A DNA stretch of 64,000 nucleotides from Octopus sinensis (GCF_006345805.1 NC_042999.1:51708001-51772000); one strand, 5' to 3'. Counted from the stretch's first letter, positions 29,858 through 41,562 are shown. Made by a program: numbers and translations. The notes: a model not told the origin generated them from the letters alone.

Positions 29858-30365
29858 ACGTCTATACACACAAATATACACACATGCTTACGTACATATA
29901 CACATGCGTGCACACACGAATACATAGTTATGCACATAACTATTTGGCTGCTATTTCTAGTCGATGTATTTATCATAAGGAGGTTTCTGAATTGGATGGA
30001 GGCAGATTCTGTGCAATGTGTGTGTGTGTGTATATGTGTGTATCTGTGTGAGTATGTATGTGCTTGTATTTGTTCGTGAGTGTATTTGTGTTATCTGTAT
30101 GCGAATTTGCATGTATTTGTGTGTTTCTCTGTGTATGCATATCTCTATGTATTGTTTCATGTGTACATGTGTGTGTGTAAGTATCCGTGTGCCTCTGTGT
30201 ATATATGCGTATCTCTGTTTGTGGGAGTATCTCTGTATATGTGTATCTCTGGAGTAGCATACGCCTGTGTATGTATGTTTGTATGTTTGTATGTTTGTAT
30301 GAATGTGCTTCTGTCAGCTCCCTATCTTTATGTATAAGTCACTCTCTTCATCCTCCTCTCTCTAA

Positions 30366-30419
<54 letters not shown>

Positions 30420-30420
30420 T
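29100..30420. repeat. TA/CA/TG low-complexity region containing one arm of the AT-rich palindromic element (29330-29480)
   Basis: TATTGGCTTAAGTTTTTCATT...GCCTAATAGTGGTTTTATCTCTAATTTAAT is shared with 50105-50360. Confidence 0.8.
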
Positions 30421-32446
30421 ACTCTTCAACCCCCTTATTTTTCTGTGTATGTCGCTCTCTCTCTTCTTCCCCCCCCCCACCCGCTACGTTACTGTTGCCA
30501 GTTTTATGGCAACAGAATATAAAAGAGTAGCTGAAGTGTAGCGGTACTCTAACTGCCGTGCTCTGTTGCATGGGAGAGTTATTATCTTCCATATTGTACT
30601 CATATTCCTTATTGTACTCATCTTATGGAGGATAGTAATATTATTTTTGTCTATTGTACTTTATTGCACGGGGGGTGGGTGGGTGGGTAATAGTATTTTG
30701 TCTGCTGTACTCTGTTTTACTCTTGTACAACACAAAAATTTTACATTACTGCATGTACTTTATATGCACTTTCTGACAAGTTGTGGTGGTGCACCTGAGC
30801 ACTGTATACAATAATTTCATTATTATTATATAAAATAAACTCACCCACACTGATATGACACAGCACCAAGCAACCTTCCCCCACCCCCACTTATATTGCG
30901 TTAGCCAAATTCACTTCTCAGAGTGTAGGAATTCGTTAAAACACATAAAACAGACGCGAACATGTGTTTATCTCACTTGACCAACAACTCACCGTTACTG
31001 GAAGGGATAACCCCCCTAATTAACATTAAATTATAGATTAATGGATCACAAAACTTAACTCCAAGCTCCCAATGGAATTTAGAAATTCCATTCTGGCCAA
31101 AAAAGAAACCAAAACAAAAAAACCACGCGAAAGCGCACCATTCTATCATCAGTTTGTTCTGAGAATGTAGTTGAGTTAACTCTCAAATGTTAATGTTCAA
31201 AATGGAATATAAAAGAGTAATAAAGTGATATATCTGGATCTGACACCTTTTGATTTGTACTTGTTCTGTGTAATGAAGAGTATTTAGGGGCCAAAGATTT
31301 CATGATACTCGCGAAGCAAAGGTGACTGTAAAGAAACGGATACAATAGGGCAAACCTAAATTTTTGCAAAAACGACTCAAGACTTATGTCGAGTGATGGT
31401 ACAACTGCATCGCTTTAAATACAGACCACATTGAGTCGAACAAAATGCAGTCCGAACGATTTATGCCGGTTAATAAAACAGTTATGAACACTTTTGGCTA
31501 TAACTCCCGTTTATTTAAGCAAACTCCATTTTATCTTTTGTAGGGGAAGTAACATTTTTCCCCTGTGGACCACTGGTATTTATTTGAGAACCACAGTACC
31601 TTCGTCGTATCCCCGGACTGATTGGTCATAGCCGGACACATCATGCCTCGTTTTCTCCTCTCATGTGAACTTCTTGGTAATCGCTGACAACGATGGACGA
31701 ACTAATAGTATTCTTCGAAGTACAACTAGTAACCCGTACCCCACTTCACACATTACAAATCCAAACGGGCTCCTTTTAAATTCCTGTCTTCTATGTCCCT
31801 CTATATATATATATGCACAGACCCTTACCTTCCCATAACCCACTGCTTTATACCAGAATGTCTGTTACACTTTTTATTTCCAATATTTTGACGATACGTT
31901 ATATTTTAAAAATATTTACGTTTTATTTATATATTTCTATGATATATATTAAATTCATATTTATATTTACATATTCTACGTTGTTTTCCATTATATTTTA
32001 TACTTTCATTTATTTCTTTATGTTTTAAAATTTCAATTTTTTATAGCTTTTCATAATTTTCTTTCCTATATTGATTTTTAAAATATCGATTCATTTATTT
32101 ATTCTAATGATTACGTTTTTGTCTATTCATTTCTTTTTCTATAGATATCGATTTTCCTTCGCAATTGATCCCTTTGTTTACATATTTTTATAATTACACA
32201 TTCAAATGCATTCACGATCATCTTTTACTAATTTTGTAAAATGTTGCAATTTAGTGAAAACTTCAACACATTACCAGCCACATCGTAAATAAAAACTCGG
32301 AATTATGCATTTATTGCATAATTTACATATATGTCTTATACATGCATACAGACAGCCACACACGCACACAAATATAAATATAATCAATATATATATATAT
32401 ATTATATATATATATATACTTTATTTAAAGCAGCAGAAAATTCAAC

Positions 32447-32494
32447 AAAATCTGTTACTCTGAGTTTCTCGTTGCCGTTCATCAGACAGTTTTT
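32447..32494 (-). ncRNA. Minimal type-I HHR
   Basis: AAAACTGT-CTGATGA-ACG(GCAA)CGA-GAAA-CTC(A)GAG-TA-ACAGATTTT; element ~32418-32750 between (TA)n tracts. Confidence 0.72.
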
Positions 32495-32790
32495 GCTAGA
32501 ATGGAACCGATATATCAATTCAATCTAGACTCTTACAAACGCTACACCTTTAAAAAAAATGGACTTGTTTGATTGGCCCTTTAGAAATAACGGTCAATCT
32601 TCGAGCGATAAACAAAAAAAGCTCAAAAATATATGTATATATACATAAAAAATTATAAAAATTATAAAATTCGAGGAAAAACCTTACATTGAATAAAATA
32701 CATATTGACGTTAATGAAGAAAGTATAATTAATGCATAGAAATTAAAACCTATTATAAATATTACACTGCATATATATATATATTATATA

Positions 32791-33862
32791 TAGTATATCC
32801 GCTTATTCGTGGTTCGGCATTCGCGGTCCCGGTTATTCGTGGAACTAGTAATTGTTCACTGAAGCCACCGCATATTCGCGCGGAATCGTAAATACCATCT
32901 GCGATTTTTTTATGGCATGGCATTTTTCGTGGCAATATGTATACATTTTCACACTTTTTAAGGTTTAACTATAAATAATAATATACCGTATTTTACAGGA
33001 AACCCTTTCGCAGCTAAAGGTCCCTCCAATTAGAATAGCTGCTTATGACATCACATGATTTTATTTTAGATACAAATACCCTGTATCTTGTATTGCTTAT
33101 TCCTGCCTTCAATCAAAGCTTGATAATTAGTATAGCGACTACCAGCCCCTATTTTTGAATCATCATTACATTTGATCATAGGCAATGTTTATTTCAACAG
33201 GATAATTTTTAAGGTCATAAGCTAATATAGCCTCATTGAGATTAGGTTACTTGCTGCCCATCTCTCTCTCACCTCCCTCTCTCTCACCCCCTCTCTCCCT
33301 TATTATTATAGTATAGATTACTGTATCTAAATTTTTCAAAACCATGATTATTTTTAATCTCTGCTAAGTCTCCCATTGGTGGTATGCGCATAGTAAACGC
33401 AATGAAAATCTGTCTAGTATTTTGTTGAGTGCTGTGTTTTTCGCAGCGTGTTATTACAGCCCTAAGAAGCCGCTCAAACGCTTTACACCTTCTAAGGCTT
33501 CTGGCAGAGAACCTAAGCGCCGGGAAAAGGTTATGACGTTTCATGAGAAGGCACAACTGCTGGATATGTCCTGGGAAGGTAAAAGCTATGCTGCACGAGG
33601 TCGCTATTATGTTGTCAACGAAAGCACGACCATATGCTACATAAAGGAGAACGAGATAACGACCAGGACTGCCATAGCAGTAGGTTTCTATGAATGTGCC
33701 AAAAAGATAACGACAGTGAGAAATAGGCACTTCGTCGGGGTGGAATCTGCCTTGGCATTGTGGATCAGTCACAGCAAAAAGAAAAACATCCTTTTGAGCG
33801 ATAACATCATCCGTGAGAAAGCATTGAAATTATACCAGAAATTCACAGAAATTTTCGAGTGA
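32791..33862 (+). mobile_element. pogo/Tigger-type DNA transposon, 5' fragment (TIR-like end plus CENP-B-like HTH domains)
   Basis: TAGTATATCCGCTTATTCGTGG terminus after TA; ORF 33422 PSKASGREPKR...HEKAQLLDM...VNEST...ESALALWI...NIIREKALKLY. Confidence 0.8.
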
Positions 33863-33894
33863 TTGCATACAACTTTTCTGACCTCCCCACTGTG

Positions 33895-34125
33895 CTTAAG
33901 ACTACGAATGCGACTTCTCTGATGGCATCTGAAGCCGTGGCGAGTGATGGAGTGTCATGGATCCACATTTCATCGAGTTTGATTTGAAGATCAGCACAAA
34001 GGAGTATCTGGACATCCTGAAAGAGCTCTCTGTTGCCTTGGATGGAGCAGAAGTTTGGGCTTGGCAATGTGATGCTTATCCTGGATTCTGCAACATGCCA
34101 TGGGTCAAAAGCAACAGATTATATC
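33895..34125 (+). mobile_element. Tc1/mariner-superfamily (maT-like) transposase catalytic fragment
   Basis: Across frames: SLM..AVASDG / PHFIEFDLKISTKEYLDILKE / LLPWMEQKFGLGNVMLILDSATCHGSK. Confidence 0.6.
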
Positions 34126-34697
34126 CAGCCTATGAGTTGGAATTTAATATGGACTTTTCATGGACATGGGTGAGTCTAAGACAGTAATTTTCAGTTTTTA
34201 ATCTAGCATAGTGGGGAAATAGTGTTATATTAAACTTGTAGAGTAATGTGTTATATGAAAACAATTATGATGAAGGTGAGAGCATCAACATCAACAACAT
34301 CAATATCAATAATATCAATACCAATAATATTTAAAAAAATAACAATAAGATAATTTTCCAAAATAATAACAGAAATAACAATACCAATAACCATGGGGTA
34401 AAAATAAAACAACGATAAGAAAGTAATAATCCCAATACTGGTTGAGAGTAGAAAATAAAATTAAAAAATAAAATATTAAAATCTTCAAGGAATAAAATAT
34501 AATTAAAAAAGATTTTTCTAATTTTAAAAATGATTGTAAATGATTATAAATCAATTCCATGGCGTCAATTTATAGGCGTCGGATGATACGAGCCTCCGTC
34601 TTCAGAGAAGAAATCTTACATTTTAGGTGTTGACTGAAACGAGATTTAAGACGGAATGATTTTGTGGAGAGCTAAGTGTAATAGAGGGGGAATAAGG

Positions 34698-34730
<33 letters not shown>

Positions 34731-34734
<4 letters not shown>

Positions 34735-35308
34735 GTTTAAATATTTGTTGTGCAAGATTTTTTATGTGAAGTCGTGTGTTGAAACAGATATTGTTATATT
34801 TCGGAATGGTCATTTTGCCAGTTTAGCCAATAAAAACACACGCACTATATATTTGATGTTATTTTGCTTCAGTGTTATTTATTTTTTACATTAATCTTAA
34901 TCTTATTTCGGCCAGAGTTCTTTCGTCACACTCCTGTGACCGCATCAGTGGTCCTTTGTTTTCTTCTTTCTTATTTGTATCTCTCCTTACTAACCGTCAG
35001 CCATTTTGTATTTCGGCAAGAGTTCTTTCGTCACACTCCTGTGACCGCATCAGTGGTCCTTTGTTTTCTTTTTTCTTATTTGTGTCTCTCCTTACTAACC
35101 GTCAGCCATTTTGTATTTCTATTGTAGAAATAAGAAAGAAGAAAACAAAGCACCACTGATGCGGTCACAGGGGTGTGACGAAAGAACTCTGGCCGAAATA
35201 AGATTAAGATTAATGTAAAAAATAAATAACACTGAAGCAAAATAACACCAAATATATAGTGCGTGTGTTTTTATTGGCTAAACTGGCAAAATGACCATTC
35301 CGAAATAT

Positions 35309-35315
<7 letters not shown>
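34731..35315. mobile_element. Head-to-head palindromic element with a 105-bp internal tandem and three HHR-like motifs
   Basis: Arms are reverse complements around ~35122; motifs at 34909-34954(-), 35014-35059(-) and 35152-35195(+); (TA)n on both sides. Confidence 0.8.
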
Positions 35316-35371
<56 letters not shown>

Positions 35372-35662
35372 AATCAAGGAACGGCCATAATAGGCCATTC
35401 ACCCACTAGAAATAACAGCCAAAGCTTCAACCGCAAATAAACATCAATTCCGTAAACCAGGAGAAAATTAAAAAACATTTACCCTGTAATTTCTTATACG
35501 ATGCACCGTTAATTACGGTTAATTCCGTAATGGAATCGGCGGCTTATATTTATTTGCTGCCGATAAATTTGGCGCGAGTGCGATGATTTGAAAATTTTAG
35601 GTCAGATATTGCCGAGGCAGGGTCGGAAATGCCTCGTGAAAATATCTGTTCCGACTTGGCTA

Positions 35663-35767
35663 TTTCTTACTGATGAATCTAAGGGCCTATGGAAGATTGG
35701 CTTGATTTAATTTAATCAGGTTAGTTTGCCATTAAACAGTAGATGAAACGGTGCATCGTATAAGAAA
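35663..35767 (+). ncRNA. Type-I HHR, canonical core
   Basis: TTTCTTA-CTGATGA-ATCTA(~56-nt loop)TAGAT-GAAA-CG(GTGCAT)CG-TA-TAAGAAA; predicted cleavage after 35760. Confidence 0.85.
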
Positions 35768-36149
35768 TTACAGGGTAAATGTTTTTTAATTTTCTCCTGG
35801 TTTACGGAATTAATGTTTATTTGCGGTTGAAGCTTTGGCTGTTATTTCTAGTGGGTGAATGGCCTATTATGGCCGTTCCTTGATTGTGATGTTGAACTTA
35901 AAAATGGTCTATGACTATTTAATTTTTTCCCACTAGGCCGCTGGTGGCAAAAAAATTCTACAAAATTTTTTGCCACCTTATATTGATTAATTATGAATTT
36001 TCTGGTTAATTCCGTAATGGAATCGGCGGCTTATATTTATTTGCTGCCGATAAATTTGGCGCGAGTGCGATGATTTGAAAATTTTAGGTCAGATATTGCC
36101 GAGGCAGGGTCGGAAATGCCTCGTGAAAATATCTGTTCCGACTTGGCTA

Positions 36150-36254
36150 TTTCTTACTGATGAATCTAAGGGCCTATGGAAGATTGGCTTGATTTAATTT
36201 AATCAGGTTAGTTTGCCATTAAACAGTAGATGAAACGGTGCATCGTATAAGAAA
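36150..36254 (+). ncRNA. Type-I HHR, second copy
   Basis: Same as 35663-35767; predicted cleavage after 36247. Confidence 0.85.
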
Positions 36255-36474
36255 TTACAGGGTAAATGTTTTTTAATTTTCTCCTGGTTTACGGAATTGA
36301 TGTTTATTTGCGGTTGAAGCTTTGGCTGTTATTTCTAGTGGGTGAATGGCCTATTATGGCCGTTCCTTGATTGTGATGTTGAACTTAAAAATGGTCTATG
36401 ACTATTTAATTTTTTCCCACTAGGCCGCTGGTGGCAAAAAAATTCTACAAAATTTTTTTGCCACCCTATATTGA

Positions 36475-36516
<42 letters not shown>

Positions 36517-36520
<4 letters not shown>

Positions 36521-36850
36521 TCAGTGGTTAGAGCGTCGAGCTTACGATCGTGAGGTTGTGAGCTCGAATCCCGGACCGGGCTGCGTGTTGTGTTCTCGAG
36601 CAAGGCACTTTATTTCACGTTGCTCCAGTTCACTCAGCTGTAGAAATGAGTTGCGACGTCACTGGTGCCAAGCTGTATCGACCTTTGTCTTTCCCTTGGA
36701 TAACACTGGTGGCGTGGAGAGGGGAGGCTGGTATGCATGGGCGACTGCTGGCCTTCCATAAACAACCTTGCCCGGACTTGTGCCTGGGAGGGTAACTTTC
36801 TAGGTGCAATCCCATGGTCATTCATGACCGAAGGGGGTCTTTACCCTTTA
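36517..36850 (+). mobile_element. tRNA-derived SINE family D with a CORE-like central domain
   Basis: A box TGGCTCAGTGG, B-box-like GCTCGAATCC, then GTGTTGTGTTCTCGAGCAAGGCACTTTATTTCACGTTGCTCCAG. Confidence 0.85.
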
Positions 36851-36866
36851 TATATATGTATATATA

Positions 36867-38020
36867 TATTCCTCCCTGTGCCTGTTAAATCGCATGTCCC
36901 TGGCGTAAGGATTTACTTCTACACACGCCAGGTTAATTTTATTCATCCCTAGTCAAAAGACACCTGTTGTTATGTCCTGTTAATTGCATTTGTATTTGCG
37001 TAACGTTTTCCTGTTTCTTTCCGTCCTTGTTTTCGTATACATTCGCTGATTTCTTCCAAGGAATCTAATGCTCTTAGTTTATTTTTTCCTTTGGGCTGGC
37101 CAGATTGGAGCAATCTCAAATATAACCAGCCGAAATTGCAAAAACAATCTGGAACTCGACTGAGGATAGAAAACTCCAAATGACCCGTCTGTGTTTGTTT
37201 TGTATCGTCTGTCTGGATGTTTTGTTATCCCTTTTTCGTATCACCTAACTGTGTAGATGTTTTGCGTTCTTGTCCCATTTTTGTATTTTTTATATATAAA
37301 ATATAGCGGCGTACGTACACTTTGGTCTCTTATATGTAAGTATATATACATCTAAATTATGAACGTCTCTATTATCCTATTCTTTCATTCTTTCCCTCTT
37401 TCTATTAGCCCATTCCCACTTCGTTCATTCCACTCTTCGTTCTTTCGTTCCTCCTCTCTCACATTTCTTGGCCTTCTCTTCATGCTCACTTTCCCTCCTC
37501 TTGTCTTTTCATTTTTTTCTCGCCCATCCTTAATTCTCCTATCTCTCTGCTTCTACCTCTTTCTCTTTTCTCCCCACATGACCGGTGTTCGGCCAGGTCT
37601 GACCTTTCTTTTGGTTCGACTACCATCCGTAGAACATCTATATTCCTCCCTGTGCCTGTTAAATCTTATGTCCCTGTTGTAAGGCTTTACTTCCACACAC
37701 GCCAGCTTAATTTAATTCGTCCTTAGTCGAAAGACACCTGTTGTTATGTTCTGTTAATTGCATTTGTATTTGTGTAACAGTCTCCGTTTTTTTTCTGTCC
37801 TTCTTTTCGTAATGCCTACGTTGCTTTTTTCCAAGGAATCTAATGCTCTTAGCTTAGCTTTTCCTTGGGGCTGGCCAGATTGGAACAACCTCGAGTATAA
37901 CCAGCCGAAATCGCAAAGATAATCTGGAACTCGACTGAGGATAGAAAACTCCGAATGAGCCGTCCTTGTTCTTTTTGTAACGTCTGTATGGATGCTTTGT
38001 GTTCTTGTCCCATTTTTGCG
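36867..38020. repeat. Two diverged direct copies (~36867-37310 and ~37640-38020) of an unclassified repeat
   Basis: Shared CCTCCCTGTGCCTGTTAAATC...GGAACTCGACTGAGGATAGAAAACTCC. Confidence 0.8.
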
Positions 38021-38064
<44 letters not shown>

Positions 38065-38207
38065 CACAATCAAGGAGTAGAAATGACGTATTCCAAATGC
38101 ACAAGGCAATGTAATCCGATGGTAGAAAGAATTCCGCGAATTAGGTACCCCAAAGTCAGTTGGCGATGTTGTTTCCTCCGTCTTCCTTTTCTATTGGACT
38201 TTCCTCT

Positions 38208-38242
38208 GTTTCTGAAGAAGAGCTTTGCTCGAAACGTTTAAC
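38208..38242 (+). ncRNA. Minimal type-I HHR, slightly degenerate, in a ~280-bp element (38060-38345) between (TA)n tracts
   Basis: GTTT-CTGAAGA-A-GAGC(TTT)GCTC-GAAA-CG-TT-TAAC. Confidence 0.65.
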
Positions 38243-38503
38243 CATCTTTCTTTCCTTCCCTGAGCGTCTGCTAATACTTTACATGTACCACATCCTAAGG
38301 TTGTTGTTTTTTGTGTTTGTTGTTTTTTTTTTTTGTATTTTGAGATTTACTTTATATATATATATATATATATATATGATAATAAGAGTAAATAATTTCT
38401 ATACAGGCTTTTAAAAAAACCCCAATTATTTACTGGTAGAATTCGGTATGTAAATATAGCCGATTACCGGCAGGAACTTCTGTAAAGTTCAGTATATATA
38501 TTG

Positions 38504-39960
38504 TATATAGAAAATAGTAAAGAGTGAAAAAACGACAGAAGGCTTAAATGTTAAAAAATATATATATTTGCGTCAATATGTCTGAAGAATATTAGAAAAT
38601 TAAAAAAAAACATTTTTTTCTCTTATAATGACATAATTTAAAAGAAAGACCGGTTTCGCGTGTAGCTTTTCAAATTTCTTGTGACGTTATGTTTATGTTG
38701 AATAGAGTTATCGTGTTTATGTTCCGGAGAGTTCTAAATAAGGGGAGGTAGTGGGTGATTTCTTCCGGTGTAAGGGAGATAATCGCTTAAAAATGTTTTC
38801 CTTTCCCTTAATGTGAATTTCTCTATCAGTATGTTCGGATGGTTGAGTCTGGGCTTGTACTTTTCAATGAAGAATGTTTCCTTGTTTAGTCTAATTTGTG
38901 TTGATGATCCGAAAGCACATTGGTAAAATGGAAAGATTAAAAATTGTGGTAGTAGTTGCTTTGCGCATTTCTCAATGTGCTCACTAAAAGGTATCATTCT
39001 ATATTCTGGGAATGCAATCTGTTGTCGATGCAGTGTGCATCTACGTCTGAGTGATAGTCCTGTGGAACCCACGTAGTCTTGGTGGCAGCCCGAGCATTTT
39101 ATGACATAAATTATGTTTTCAGAGCCACAAGTAAAGTTAGATTTGATCTTGAATTTCTGTCCCTCTTTAAAGAGGAATTCTGATCCTTCTAGCAGGTTAG
39201 GACATGTTGCACAGTTCGATCTACCACATTTTTTTACTTTTGCATCCGTAATTTCAGAAGACAATTTTGCCTTTATGAGAATCTTTTAAAGTGATTTAGG
39301 CTGTTTGTAGCTTTTAATGATTTGGTGTATGTTTAGAATTTCCTTTAATTTGGGGTTTTTATGAAGTATTGGTAAATTCTGGGTGATGATGGTGAAGGCT
39401 TCTTTGTTTCTGGGGTTGTATGTAGATATGTAAGGTAGTATTTTCGGGGAAGGTGTGTTGTTGTGTTGAACTTTTCTTAAAGTTTCTATGTTGATTTCTG
39501 TTGCACGTCTGATCCCATCCTCTATGAGTTGAGCTGGGTAATGTCTGTCAATTAGGGTGTTTTTGAGTTCTTGCAGTCTAAAGTTCCTGGTATTTTTTTT
39601 CTGACACTATTGTGCATATCCTTCTTGCAAGGTTGAAGGGGATGTTTGTTTTAGTGTGTCTTGGGTGCATGAATTAAAAAGAAGGTATTGTTTGGCGTCT
39701 GTGGCTTTGTAAAAAATGTCTGTTTCTATTTTAAGGTTAATTTTTTTAATTAGTATATCCAAGAACGGGAGCTCCTTTTGTTGTATTCCATTGTAAATTG
39801 TATATTTGGGTTTATGCTGTTCAATAGGTTTTTAAATTTTAGGAGTTTATCTGTGTTTTCATTCCAGAGAATAAAACAATCGTCTAAGAATCGTTTCCAA
39901 TTCTCTTTTATGTATTGAGAGAGGGGGTTTCCAAAGATTGATAAAGATTCCTGGTAAATG
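38504..39960 (-). mobile_element. Penelope-like element, 5'-truncated (RT C-terminus plus GIY-YIG endonuclease), left arm
   Basis: WKRFLDDCFILW; KCGRSNCATC; NIIYVIKCSGCHQDYVGST; KETFFIEKY. Confidence 0.93.
38642..38680 (-). ncRNA. Minimal HHR, U3-A8 core, at the PLE 3' end (left arm)
   Basis: AAGAAAT-TTGAAAA-GC(TACAC)GC-GAAA-CCGG-TC-TTTCTT. Confidence 0.65.
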
Positions 39961-41432
39961 GGATACATGGAAATAATCATTTACCAGGAATCTTTATCAA
40001 TCTTTGGAAATCCCCTCTCTCAATACATAAAAGAAAATTGGAAACGATTCTTAGACGATTGTTTTATTCTCTGGAATGAAAACACAGATAAACTCCTAAA
40101 ATTTAAAAACCTATTGAACAGCATAAACCCAAATATACAGTTTACAATGGAATACAACCAAAAGGAGCTCCCGTTCTTGGATAATACTAATTAAAAAAAT
40201 TAACCTTAAGATAGAAACAGACATTTTTTCAAAGCCACAGACGCCACAATATCTTCTTTTTAATTCATGCCACCCAAGACACACTAAAACAAACATCCCC
40301 TTCAACCTTGCAAGAAGGATATGCACAATAGTGTCAGAACAAAATACCAGGAACTTTAGACTGCAAGAACTCAAAAACACCCTAATTGACAGACATTACC
40401 CAGCTCAACCATAGAGGATGGGATCAGACGTGCAACAGAAATCAACATAGAAACTTTAAGAAAAGTTCAACACAACAACACACCTTCCCCGAAAATACTA
40501 CCTTACATATCTACATACAACCCCAGAAACAAAGAAGCCTTCACCATCATCACCCAGAATTACCAATACTTCATAAAAACCCCAAATTAAAGGAAATTCT
40601 AACATACACCAAATCATTAAAAGCTACAAACAGCCTAAATCACTTTAAAAGATTCTCATAAAGGCAAAATTGTCTTCTGAAATTACGGATGCAAAAGTAA
40701 AAAAATGTGGTAGATCGAACTGTGCAACATGTCCTAACCTGCTAGAAGGATCAGAATTCCTCTTTAAAGAGGGACAGAAATTCAAGATCAAATCTAACTT
40801 TACTTGTGGCTCTGAAAACATAATTTATGTCATAAAATGCTCGGGCTGCCACCAAGACTACGTGGGTTCCCACAGGACTATCACTCAGACGTAGATGCAC
40901 ACTGCATCGACAACAGATTGCATTCCCAGAATATAGAATGATACCTTTTAGTGAGCACATTGAGAAATGCGCAAAGCAACTACTACCACAATTTTTAATC
41001 TTTCCATTTTACCAATGTGCTTTCGGATCATCAACACAAATTAGACTAAACAAGGAAACATTCTTCATTGAAAAGTACAAGCCCAGACTCAACCATCCGA
41101 ACATACTGATACAGAGAAATTCACATTAAGGGAAAGGAAAAAATTTTAAGCGATTATCTCCCTTACACCGGAAGAAATCACCCACTACCTCCCCTTATTT
41201 AGAACTCTCCGGAACATAAACACGATAACTCTATTCAACATAAACATAACGTCACAAGAAATTTGAAAAGCTACACGCGAAACCGGTCTTTCTTTTAAAT
41301 TATGTCATTATAAGAGAAAAAAATGTTTTTTTAAAATTTTCTAATATTCTTCAGACATATTGACGCAAATATATATATTTTTTAACATTTAAGCCTTCTG
41401 TCGTTTTTTCACACTTTACTATTTTCTATATA
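39961..41432 (+). mobile_element. Penelope-like element, 5'-truncated, right arm (inverted duplicate); Neptune-like Cys linker (inference)
   Basis: ORFs 39958, 40670 and 40938 carry the same motifs; the arms differ mainly by 1-bp indels. Confidence 0.93.
41256..41295 (+). ncRNA. Minimal HHR, U3-A8 core, at the PLE 3' end (right arm)
   Basis: AAGAAAT-TTGAAAA-GC(TACAC)GC-GAAA-CCGG-TC-TTTTCTT; predicted cleavage after 41288. Confidence 0.65.
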
Positions 41433-41464
41433 TTCACCCACGTGCTTTCACAAACCAACTTTCT

Positions 41465-41514
41465 TATCTATATATATGTATATATATATGTGATATATAT
41501 ACATATGTATATGT

Positions 41515-41562
<48 letters not shown>

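Larger units (their letters stand above)
35369..36476 (+). mobile_element. Non-coding 487-bp tandem dimer with one HHR per unit plus an inverted 140-bp fragment (retrozyme-like or PLE pLTR)
   Basis: Units start at 35517 and 36004; 35369-35508 is the reverse complement of part of the unit; (TA)n on both sides. Confidence 0.85.

Noticed and set aside
34590-34660. HHR-like fold CCGTCTT...GAAA...AAGACGG
   Set aside because: Stem I is perfect, but the CUGANGA core and stem III pairing are absent
36517-36590. tRNA gene calls for the SINE heads (also 11260, 44414, 47363)
   Set aside because: No complete cloverleaf or terminator; each continues into a SINE body
38575-38605. CTGAAGA-ATATTA-GAAA antisense to the PLE (mirror at ~41340)
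   Set aside because: No stem I or stem III closure; chance match in AT-rich DNA
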